Below, in pieces: positions 9,373 to 17,499 of a stretch of 64,000 nt of DNA. The notes below the pieces were generated by a model. It ran no database searches. It was not told the origin of the DNA and was given only the letters and a program-made list of their open reading frames with translations. Origin of the DNA: Infirmifilum sp. (GTDB taxonomy: Archaea > Thermoproteota > Thermoprotei > Thermofilales > Thermofilaceae); contig JBEULP010000062.1 of assembly GCA_041287245.1 (NCBI GenBank), positions 15,634-79,633 on the forward strand. Direction: 5' to 3'. Position 1 is the stretch's first letter; the number at the start of each line of letters is the position of its first letter. A program made the translations under genes and the position numbers.

Positions 9373-9662
9373 TGGAAAAGGACAGTATAGTCGGTCTAAT
9401 TCTAGTAATCTTCGCACTAACCGTAGGCTCCGCGTATATCTACCTCCTCTTCTTCGCTGGGGAGGCTCTAAGCCTTCTAATCTTGAAGATCACCGCTCTC
9501 CTCACGGTGGGATCATTCCTATTTGTTATACTTGTTATAGGCTTTTCACTCCTTATTTCACCGCCAACGGTGAAGATAGAGGAGATGGAGAGAAAATTAG
9601 CTGAGGAGCTAAGGAAACTTAAGGAGAAAGGCTACCCCTTCCCCTGGGCGGAGCAAGCATAA
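9357..9662 (+). CDS. small two-TM protein with C-terminal coiled coil (paralog of 63126-63410)
   Basis: Two hydrophobic segments then SPPTVKIEEMERKLAEELRKL; start may be GTG 9372. Confidence 0.7.
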   Translation: MGWKLVEKDSIVGLILVIFALTVGSAYIYLLFFAGEALSLLILKITALLTVGSFLFVILVIGFSLLISPPTVKIEEMERKLAEELRKLKEKGYPFPWAEQA

Positions 9663-9783
9663 ACCTGCCGGCGTCTTTCAAGGCCTCAAGTGAAACTCCG
9701 ATTCTAACCTGAAGGAAGCGGGAAAAAGACCCCTGGATAAAAGTATTTCTGCGTTTATAGTTTAAAGAATTCAGGGGTTACTG

Positions 9784-11166
9784 TTGAAGCTGGGTAAAAT
9801 TCCTCTGAGGAGACTTAAGGAGATCTTAGAGAAAGCAGGAGTTACGGTCACTCTCGACTCAAATCCTCTTGACCAAGATACGGTTGTATCCACAAACCCC
9901 GCGATCGGCGTCCCCCTAAGGGCCCTTGGCTTCTTCGCTTTTCACTACACTGCGACAAACATCGCTGTCTCTCACGCTAGACCTGTTTATGCCACTCTAT
10001 CAATACTCGCCCCTCCTGACACTGGTGATGAAGAGCTCGAAGCTATACTCAAGTCTTTCCTGAGAGAGTGTGAGAAATACGGGGTTCGCCTGGTAGGGGG
10101 TCACACTGCGCGATATGAAGGCATAGAGTACCCCCTTGCTGTCTCCACAATACTGGGTAAGAAGACACGCGAGAGGGAAAAACCCTCCCCCGGCGACATC
10201 ATCTATCTAGTCGGCAGGGTTGGCGCTGAGACTGCATGGCTACTGGGGAAAGAGGTGCCCCTAGAGGAGCTGTCTCCTCTAGATGAAGCCCTCCGTCTCC
10301 AAACGGTAACAAGCGTCAAGTTGATGCACGACGTATCGGAGGGAGGTATCCTGGGAGCCCTTTTAGAGGTCTCTCACCAGTACCACGTTAAGATCAAAGT
10401 TACGGCTCGAAGTATAGAAACTTATCCTGGGTTTCCAGAGGGCTACGAGCCTCTAGCCTCACCCACATACGGCGCCCTCATCGTCTTCACCTCTCCCGCA
10501 GAGCCGCTCGAGGGCTACTGTGATGAAAGGGGCGTCACGTGCACACGGCTAGGTTTAGTGGAAGCCCCCGGGGTCGGGGTCGAGTATAAGGCGCAGCTCC
10601 TAACCGAGACGCCTGAGACGCCCCTAGTGGAGCTATACAACCCCTACACGCCTGGGAGCTGGGAGCCGGCGCAGGTTCTCCTGGCCGCCAAGAAGTTCGT
10701 CAGCATACCGGGGGTTGAGAGGATAATCCCAGAGGTTGGGACGAACATAGCTTATTCAAAGTTTAAACCCGAGAGACCTGAGGACGTGGCTGCTATAGAA
10801 GGCAGAATAGTGAGGACCTCGCGTGGGGCGCGGATCTGCGGCTTTCCAGCTTACGGGGCGTCTCGGCACCTGGCTCGAGTCATAATTGAGGCGTCGAAGC
10901 ACGACGAGAACCTCAGGTCAGCTATAAACTTGAAGCCCGAGCCCAGGCTTATTGAAAGGCTTAGACTTCTAGGTGTAGACGTCCGTGAGATAAAGGATTT
11001 TTCCTCGTTTTGCCCTGTCAGCGAGGCCCTGGCCAGGGGCTCCAGGGGGCAAGCGTTCTACTACCGTGACCTTCCCAACCTAGAGCCTTCACTGGTTGTG
11101 CTGGCTGAAAACCCGCATGTCCTCGTTGAGACCGTCAGGAAGGCCCTAGCCGAGGACCTTCATTAA
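9784..11166 (+). CDS. PurM/ThiL-like ATP-binding domain fused to ThiN (thiamine-phosphate synthase) domain
   Basis: LVGGHT and MHDVSEGG (AIR synthase-related); IPEVGTNIAY, GRIV, YGASRHLAR, RSAINLK (ThiN). Confidence 0.75.
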   Translation: MKLGKIPLRRLKEILEKAGVTVTLDSNPLDQDTVVSTNPAIGVPLRALGFFAFHYTATNIAVSHARPVYATLSILAPPDTGDEELEAILKSFLRECEKYGVRLVGGHTARYEGIEYPLAVSTILGKKTREREKPSPGDIIYLVGRVGAETAWLLGKEVPLEELSPLDEALRLQTVTSVKLMHDVSEGGILGALLEVSHQYHVKIKVTARSIETYPGFPEGYEPLASPTYGALIVFTSPAEPLEGYCDERGVTCTRLGLVEAPGVGVEYKAQLLTETPETPLVELYNPYTPGSWEPAQVLLAAKKFVSIPGVERIIPEVGTNIAYSKFKPERPEDVAAIEGRIVRTSRGARICGFPAYGASRHLARVIIEASKHDENLRSAINLKPEPRLIERLRLLGVDVREIKDFSSFCPVSEALARGSRGQAFYYRDLPNLEPSLVVLAENPHVLVETVRKALAEDLH

Positions 11167-11210
11167 CGCTGAGGGAAAACCTAAATATTAGCCCTTACCG
11201 TTCAAGCTTG

Positions 11211-11264
11211 ATGATGACTTCGCTTGCCCCCCGGCGATCGGTGAGCCGGATTGCCGCGGACTGA
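11211..11264 (+). ncRNA. box C/D guide sRNA candidate
   Basis: ATGATGA (11211-11217) to CTGA (11261-11264), 54 nt, intergenic, TATA-like sequence about 25 bp upstream; internal D'/C' boxes degenerate. Confidence 0.6.
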
Positions 11265-11311
11265 AACCCTATGGGAAAACGTTATATTACTGCTGTTTTC
11301 TTTAAAGGTTA

Positions 11312-12034
11312 ATGGCGAAGCTACTATTCCAGTATGACAGCTACATCAAAGAGTTTGAGGCTACGGTGACGCGCGTATCAGGCGAGAAGGTATTCCTTGA
11401 CCAGACAGCCTTCCACCCGGGACCAAGCGGTGGCCTAGACACTGATACCGGCTGGCTTATCCTGCCCGACGGGCAACGCGTTGAGGTCGTTAAAGCCGTA
11501 GAGGAAGGTGGCGATATAGCCCACGTGTTGTCCTCGCAAGCCAACATACCCCAAGGCGCCAGGGTAAGGGGCTTAATCAACTGGGATAGGAGGTACAGGA
11601 TGATGAGGCTGCACACAGCCAGCCACGTCTTGGCATCCGTCCTCTACAAAAAGTATGGTGCTCTCGTAACAGGGGGTCACATAGAACCTGAGGGTGCGCG
11701 CGACGACTTCGACCTGCCTGGAGCCGTAGACTGGAAAGCGGCCTTAGCCGAGGCTATAAGAGAGTCAAACGAGATCATTAGGAGGTGCGTAGAGGTCAAG
11801 GTGTACTGGCTCAGGCGCGAAGAGGCTTTGAAAATACCGGGCATCGTTAAGCTTGCCGGAAGGTTACCTCCCGAGGTGGAGGAGATAAGGATAGTTGAGA
11901 TCCCGGATGTAGACATACAGGCGGACGGCGGGCCACACGTTAAAAACACGTGCGAGATCGGGGAGATACTCCTAGTGAAGACCGAAAGCAAGGGGGCTAA
12001 ACGGAAGAGAGTTTATTATACTCTAAATCCCTAG
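11312..12034 (+). CDS. alaXM: AlaX-M trans-editing protein
   Basis: YDSYIKEFEA, LDQTAFHP, MRLHTASH, QADGGPHV. Confidence 0.88.
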   Translation: MAKLLFQYDSYIKEFEATVTRVSGEKVFLDQTAFHPGPSGGLDTDTGWLILPDGQRVEVVKAVEEGGDIAHVLSSQANIPQGARVRGLINWDRRYRMMRLHTASHVLASVLYKKYGALVTGGHIEPEGARDDFDLPGAVDWKAALAEAIRESNEIIRRCVEVKVYWLRREEALKIPGIVKLAGRLPPEVEEIRIVEIPDVDIQADGGPHVKNTCEIGEILLVKTESKGAKRKRVYYTLNP

Positions 12035-12041
12035 CACTTCT

Positions 12042-12146
12042 AGTATAACATTGTTATACTTTATATTAACAATGTTATATTTTTCAAAAATAATGTTTTG
12101 CTACAACATACTAAGGTTATATTCAAATATAACATAGTTATTACAA
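12042..12146. repeat. five 21-bp-period degenerate palindromic repeats
   Basis: agtataacattgttatacttt / atattaacaatgttatatttt / tcaaaaataatgttttgctac / aacatactaaggttatattca / aatataacatagttattacaa. Confidence 0.75.
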
Positions 12147-12183
12147 AAATCTTCGTTAGTATGGTTTTTATAGCCGGAAGTAG

Positions 12184-12870
12184 TTGGAAAATGTGTCCAG
12201 CGAGATAGCCCACCTATTCTCGAGGCACGCCGGCGAATACGATTCCTGGTACGAAACCCCTTCCGGCAGGGTTGTGCTTGAAGCCGAGGCTCGGCTCTTA
12301 GACAAGGTGCTTCCACTTGGAATAGGCTTAGACTTGGGCGCGGGGACAGGCGTTTTCGCCGAAAGGCTCTCCCGTACCAGGGAAATTGTGTGTCTCGACC
12401 CGTCCCCCGGGATGCTAGAGCGGGCTCGAGGAAGATGCCTGCACATGGTTCTAGGTGTAGCCGAGTTCCCACCATTTCGACAAGGCTCCCTTGACTTCAT
12501 ATACATGGTTACCGTCTTAGAGTTCCTCCAAGAACCTCTCCAGGCCCTAAGCGCGGCCAAACAGCTACTAAAGCCCACGGCTGTCCTCGCGATACTCTCA
12601 GTCGAGAAGAATAGCAGTTGGGGTAGGCTATACCAGGAGTTAGCTGCCGAGAATAAGGATCCCATCCTAGCAGCCGGGAGATTCTACTCGGAGGGTGAGG
12701 TTGAAGGGCTCCTCGGCAGAGCGGGTTACCACGTATACGCTAGGGGCGCCACCCTCGACTACGAGCCGTTAACGGTCCCGGATAAGCCGCCGAAGATCTA
12801 CGTAAATGAGCGCTGCCCTTCATGTGGCGTTTTCCTCCTCCTTGCCGCTCCCCCTCCTAGGCAACCCTAA
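12184..12870 (+). CDS. class I SAM-dependent methyltransferase
   Basis: YDSWY, LDLGAGTG, LDPSPGML, PPFRQGSLD. Confidence 0.85.
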   Translation: MENVSSEIAHLFSRHAGEYDSWYETPSGRVVLEAEARLLDKVLPLGIGLDLGAGTGVFAERLSRTREIVCLDPSPGMLERARGRCLHMVLGVAEFPPFRQGSLDFIYMVTVLEFLQEPLQALSAAKQLLKPTAVLAILSVEKNSSWGRLYQELAAENKDPILAAGRFYSEGEVEGLLGRAGYHVYARGATLDYEPLTVPDKPPKIYVNERCPSCGVFLLLAAPPPRQP

Positions 12871-14067
12871 CACTCTACCTAGACCTCCTTGCAGTGCGAT
12901 TCTCAGGAAAAACCGCGGCCATTTAAAGACGCCTTTGGAGAGGAACTCCCACGTCACGTCGCCAGCGGAGACGCGCTCAAGTACCTCGATGGGCGTCATC
13001 TCAAGCATTACCGCTCTCTCCTCTGGTGAGGCGTTCTCCAGTGCGTTAAGTATAGCCATCTGTATTCGAATGTTCAAAAACAAATTGTACTTGGCTAGGG
13101 TTTCCCGGAACCCCCCCTCCCCCTTTATCTCCCTGTAGGCTGCTATGGCAGTGATTAGAGACGGCCTGATCCCCTCCCCCGTCAAGGGCATTACAGCCCC
13201 GGCGGCCTCGCCTATCCTGTAGTAGCTACGATGTCTATATAGTCTCAGCCCCCCAGATGCTATCCAGCTACCCTTAGTCGGAGTGTTTACCTCTACTCCA
13301 GTGGTTCTGACGAGTCTTTTAAACAGCCCTGCTACAAGCGCGCGGTCTTTGCCGCCCACCCCAACCTTGACATGTGAGCCCCACATGGGGAATATCCAGC
13401 CGTATCCGACTAGCTCTGGGAAGAAGAAAAGATGCACTTCATCTCTAGGAGCATTCTTCATCCTCCCTTCGACCTGCAAAGCCAGAGCCTTGGGTCCGGG
13501 GTATGCCACGTGTCCCCGCGCGTCTACGACAAGTAAATAATTGTCGAGGCTTGCGGGGTCAGCCCACCTTCTCGTGACTTCTATGCCGCTAAGAAGCTCT
13601 GTAAGGAAGATTTCCTTGTCGATAATGTACCCGTAGTGTCTAGCGTGGCTCTCGAAGATCAGCTTGTCGCCGATGTAGACCTTATAGCCTTTGACTTTGA
13701 CGAGTATCGCGTCTTCCGGGAGCCTAAGTACGCTATCTATGGTGTAGGGCACTCCCCACCCGCAAGGTTTTAAAGCCAGTCTATAGCTCCCCTCGAAAAC
13801 GTCAATCTTATAACCGCTATCGCTCAGGAGGCGGGCAAGGTAAGCCCCGGATGGCCCTGCCCCAATTATTGCTATTTTTTCCTTTGTGCCCTTACTAGGT
13901 AAAAGGATTACTCCTTTAGCTCCTACGATTCGTGCTCGCGAAATTTTTACGCCGCTACGCGAGGAGCCCATCTCCATAGGCCTGGCTTTAACGCCATCTG
14001 GTGAGCGAACACGGTCTTTTGACCCCGCTTCCTGGCTCATGCGCATCACTTCATCTGACTTCCTCAC
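12820..14067 (-). CDS. FAD-dependent oxidoreductase, geranylgeranyl reductase family (true start probably downstream)
   Basis: IIGAGPSG, KPCG, GYGWIFP, IGEAAG..MPLTGEGI. Confidence 0.8.
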   Translation of the reverse strand: MRKSDEVMRMSQEAGSKDRVRSPDGVKARPMEMGSSRSGVKISRARIVGAKGVILLPSKGTKEKIAIIGAGPSGAYLARLLSDSGYKIDVFEGSYRLALKPCGWGVPYTIDSVLRLPEDAILVKVKGYKVYIGDKLIFESHARHYGYIIDKEIFLTELLSGIEVTRRWADPASLDNYLLVVDARGHVAYPGPKALALQVEGRMKNAPRDEVHLFFFPELVGYGWIFPMWGSHVKVGVGGKDRALVAGLFKRLVRTTGVEVNTPTKGSWIASGGLRLYRHRSYYRIGEAAGAVMPLTGEGIRPSLITAIAAYREIKGEGGFRETLAKYNLFLNIRIQMAILNALENASPEERAVMLEMTPIEVLERVSAGDVTWEFLSKGVFKWPRFFLRIALQGGLGRVLGLPRRGSGKEEENAT

Positions 14068-14088
14068 CTGCGCGCGCCGGCAGCAGTC

Positions 14089-14388
14089 CTAGCCAAGCTT
14101 TCTCAGCGTCTCCTCGAACTCCTCTATGGTAAGCTTGCTGAACTGTAGTATTACTTGCACCTTGTCGGGTTTCACGACGCTAACAATAGCATCCTTGTAA
14201 ACCCCTTTAACAAGAGGCCCGAACCGAGCTGTTACCTTGCCCTCACTCTCCAGGAGAGACACAACCTTGTCGATGCACTCCTCGCGCACCTTGAAGACGT
14301 AGGTCTTCGAGGAGGAGCACACGAGGCTACGGGATACAACACACATATAATAGACGCACATCGAACAGCTATTTAAGCTTGAAGCCAA
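14089..14388 (-). CDS. hypothetical protein
   Basis: Protein-like composition; start uncertain. Confidence 0.55.
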   Translation of the reverse strand: MASSLNSCSMCVYYMCVVSRSLVCSSSKTYVFKVREECIDKVVSLLESEGKVTARFGPLVKGVYKDAIVSVVKPDKVQVILQFSKLTIEEFEETLRKLG

Positions 14389-14464
14389 AACGATCGACCA
14401 GCGACGCTCCCGCCTAGGCTTTGCCTGGAAATCCCCGGGGCGTGAACTAGGCAGGCCCCAGGGC

Positions 14465-14727
14465 TATCGACCGAAAGCCTCGCCGTTTACAGTAGGGGTA
14501 GTGGAAACGTTCGACTGTGTGTTCTCCGGTACGTTGTTTGGAGCGCTTAGAGCGGGCTGGGTGAAGCCTAGAAGCGCCGTAGAGGCCGTGGCCCGGCGAC
14601 CCGCGTACAACCCCCGCGCCGAGCAGGGCAGGGGGCAATACGCCCGAGGCCGGACGCAAGGCTGAACTCAGTTAAGGCTGCGCATGTAGCCCTTAACCCC
14701 GGCTCATCGGGACGGAGAGGAAGTCAG
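14465..14727 (+). mobile_element. degenerate non-autonomous IS200/IS605 remnant
   Basis: Left-end-like AAAGCCTCGCC (14474-14484) and right-end-like GAGAGGAAGTCAG ending at 14727; no credible ORF between. Confidence 0.5.
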
Positions 14728-14751
14728 CAGGTTGGGATGGTTGAGCTTCCT

Positions 14752-14796
14752 CTGACTCCCCCCCCCGCCCTAAAGGGGCGAGGCTTGCCTCGTTTT
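14752..14796 (-). mobile_element. 45-bp single-hairpin IS200/IS605 mini-element
   Basis: Minus strand reads TGAC|AAAACGAGGCAAGCCTCGCCCCTTTAGGGCG...GAGTCAG; near-identical to 36368-36411. Confidence 0.8.
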
Positions 14797-14797
14797 G

Positions 14798-15864
14798 TCA
14801 GGAGAGGTGTAGACGAGCCTTTTTATTCATCTGCATCCAGTAGAAGTTAAAGAGGGGGTTGAGGCTGCGTGATTTTTCCACAATCTTAGCCCACGTCCTG
14901 TCAAGCCTGAGCCCCTCTTTAAAAGCACGCTCCGTCAGGGCGTAGAGGGCTTCGCGTGAAGCGGTTCCGGCAAGGTATTCTCTCCGGAGCTTTATCGCCT
15001 CTCTGACGAGCTGCTCCTCAACCTCTTTAATCTCGCCAAAAATTTGGGCTGCGTATCTCGGATAGGAAGCTAGAAGCTTCCTATGCAGTTCCTCATGGAT
15101 CCACCAGAAAGCCTGTGGGTCATAGCTGTCAGTAGGGCTTGGGCCGAGGTCGGGGAGGCCTGACTCGATGAACACCGGCTTATACAGTGATATGCACGGG
15201 CTAGACGTGCCCGTGGCGAATATTATGGGGGTTTTCTCGTAGAGGAACGCTATGACGGAGCCTGCTGTCTGGCTGGGCCTAGTAAGCCCTCCGGCGTGCA
15301 TGCATATATCTCTCATCGAGCCTCTCGCTGGGGAGTAGCCCTCGTCCCCGGCGTGGCTACGCATTAGTGAGCTTATCTTCTCGAAGTCCAACCGGCCCGC
15401 GTTTTTCTCGAGGAAGCTCTGTGTAAACCTTTGCCTCTCCACGCCTTTGGCTATCCTGGTATAAAGGAAGTCTGAGAAGTGGCCTGAGAAGTCGAGCTCT
15501 TCTTTCTCGAGGTGTTTCTTCTCGAGATACTCAAGCAGGCTCCTGCTAACCTTATCCCAACGGCTATGTATGGTTAAGGCGTTTGAAATACTTCTTACAC
15601 TCTTCACCTTCTCCGCAACCCAGTAGGGGCCAGCCGTCTCGAGAACCCAGGCCTCGTTCGGGTCTGCTATGATAAAGGAGTTGTGGTAGTAGAGCTTACC
15701 TGATCTGCTGCAATTCCCTCCCTGTCCGTACTCCTCCAGGAGCCCCGTGACAACGCTTAGTGCCTCCGCAGCACTCCTAGACCTCTCCAAGCCTAGGCGC
15801 ACGAGATCCATCCCTGTTAAGCCTGTTTTCCGGTAGGGCAGCTTCGTAAAAACCGCCTCGTTAA
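14798..15864 (-). pseudogene. C69 family dipeptidase (secernin-like), 3' part, interrupted by IS
   Basis: NEAVFTK...GMDLVRLGLER, YGQGG, YHNSFIIADPNEAWVLETAG, ICMHAG; continues the frame of 17216-17468. Confidence 0.9.
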
Positions 15865-17215
15865 CATAAGCTGAAAGCCTCGCCCCTTTAGGGCGGGGGT
15901 GAGTAGAAACTCTTATAAACCTCTCTTGGTTTGTTGTCTCCGGGGGGCATAGAGTTCTACGAGGGCATAAAGAGGAGAGGTAGGGGTGTTCTTTGTGGGC
16001 GATGAGGGTTTCCTAACCCTGACTGTCGGGGTGAGGGTTAGCCCCGAGCCCGAGGTGGTAGAACTCTTGAAGAGGTATAGGTCTGCCCTGTGGCACTCCA
16101 TAAGGGCTATACACGGCCACGTGGTGAGGAGCAACTTGAAGAGGGCGCCATCCCTCTCAACCACGCACAGGCTTCTCTACAACGACCTCAGGGAGGGGTT
16201 CGGCCTCCCGTCGAGAATCGCAATTGATTGTTACAGGGAGGCCCTGGCAATCTACAAGTCTTGGCTTAACAATAGGGACAGAGGCAGACTGCCAACTCCG
16301 AGAAAACTAAGGATGTGGCTTACGCACGGGCAAGGGTATAGAATTAGAGACGGCTTCATCGAGATCATCGGTGGTATCAGGCTCAAAATCGTTGGTTGGG
16401 ATAGGAGATATGATTCTTACGAGAATAGAGAGGCTAGGCTTGTGTTCAGAGGAGGCAAAATGTTTCTAATGGTGGTGAAGAGGATCCCGAAGCCCGAGAA
16501 GATAAAGTCCTCAGGAGTTCTCGCGGTCGACGTGAACGAGAAGAAGATCGTGTTCGGAAATAGCGGGGCCTCCAAGTCTATTGATACGCCTGTGGGGAAG
16601 GCCCTCCACTACAAAAGGCTCGCTGAGGAGTTGCAGAGAAAGTACTCGAACGGCAAGTACAGGCCCTGGCTGGCGAGGAGGGGGATTCGCGAGAGAATAA
16701 AGAGTTTCGATAGAAAGGCTAGAAACGCCGTCGAGGACTGGGCTAGGAAGACGGCCCTAGAGATCGTGAGAGAGGCCGAGAGGCACTCCTACGCGGTCGC
16801 GAGGGAGGGCTTGAACGGACTGGTGGAGTCCTTGAGGAAGCTGCCGAAGGATCATAGGGTGAAGCTGATGATACTGTCGTACAAAAGGCTGGGATACTGG
16901 ATCGACTGGCAGGCCTCGAAGCACGGCGTGCCCGTCGTAGTCGTGGATCCGAGGAACACCTCATCGACATGCCCAAGGTGCGGGTCGAAACTGAGAGGAA
17001 GCGGCTACAGGAGGCTGAGATGCCCGAGATGCGGGTTTGAGGCGGACAGAGATTTCATAGCGCTGCTGAACATCGAGAAAAAAGCCCTACAAGAAATGGG
17101 AGGAGCTCTGACCCCCTCGACTGCCCCGCAGATGAAAGATGTAAACCCGAATAGATGCCGGGGAACCTCCCCGCCCCGAAGGAACCCTCGCCCTTCAGGG
17201 CGGGGAGGAGGTCAG
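15865..17215 (+). mobile_element. IS200/IS605-family tnpB-only element (IS1341-like), 1351 bp
   Basis: Left hairpin AAAG-CCTCGCCCCTTTAGGGCGGGG; right hairpin GAAC-CCTCGCCCTTCAGGGCGGGG followed by AGGAGGTCAG; removal restores the C69 reading frame; no tnpA, no TSD. Confidence 0.92.
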
Positions 17216-17239
17216 CGATTGCGACGCCGTACTCGTTAA
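15986..17239 (+). CDS. tnpB: RNA-guided endonuclease TnpB
   Basis: RuvC-I LAVDVN, RuvC-II VAREGL, TSSTCPRCG...CPRCG Zn finger, RuvC-III ADRD..A.LNI. Confidence 0.93.
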   Translation: MFFVGDEGFLTLTVGVRVSPEPEVVELLKRYRSALWHSIRAIHGHVVRSNLKRAPSLSTTHRLLYNDLREGFGLPSRIAIDCYREALAIYKSWLNNRDRGRLPTPRKLRMWLTHGQGYRIRDGFIEIIGGIRLKIVGWDRRYDSYENREARLVFRGGKMFLMVVKRIPKPEKIKSSGVLAVDVNEKKIVFGNSGASKSIDTPVGKALHYKRLAEELQRKYSNGKYRPWLARRGIRERIKSFDRKARNAVEDWARKTALEIVREAERHSYAVAREGLNGLVESLRKLPKDHRVKLMILSYKRLGYWIDWQASKHGVPVVVVDPRNTSSTCPRCGSKLRGSGYRRLRCPRCGFEADRDFIALLNIEKKALQEMGGALTPSTAPQMKDVNPNRCRGTSPPRRNPRPSGRGGGQRLRRRTR

Positions 17240-17468
17240 CACCCATCTCCGCCCCCCACATCCACCAGGGGCGGGATAGAAACACCGCATAGGTCTCTTC
17301 TACCTGGGGGACGCGTATGTAAGTGCAGGATACGTATTCCTCCGAGTGGCGCCGCCGGGGCACCACCTCCAGAACTTGGGCCTCGTTTGGTTCTCGGTCG
17401 CTGTTCTTGGCAAAGATAGAAACCTTCTCGGACGTGTACTCTTTCAAGGCGATGATAGTGTCACACAC
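17216..17468 (-). pseudogene. C69 family dipeptidase, 5' part
   Basis: GTG start then CDT (Ntn nucleophile), FAKNSDREPNEAQ, WMWGAEMGVNEYGVAI. Confidence 0.9.
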
Positions 17469-17499
17469 AGGTGCTGATACAACCACCGGAAATTTATAC

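Noticed and set aside
9680..9740. Possible C/D sRNA around CTGA near 9710
   Set aside because: No acceptable C box
12042..12146. CRISPR array or dif site
   Set aside because: No unique spacers, the period is only 21 bp, and there is no 11-6-11 dif architecture
15865..17215. IStron or spliced intron rescuing the peptidase
   Set aside because: Only about 120 bp precede tnpB, too short for a group I core; the element is antisense to the host gene; no bulge-helix-bulge seen
15857..17241. 10-bp direct repeat CTCGTTAACA at 15857-15866 and 17232-17241 as a target-site duplication
   Set aside because: The second copy is 16 bp beyond the right end and encodes the native V-N-E; IS200/IS605 elements do not create TSDs
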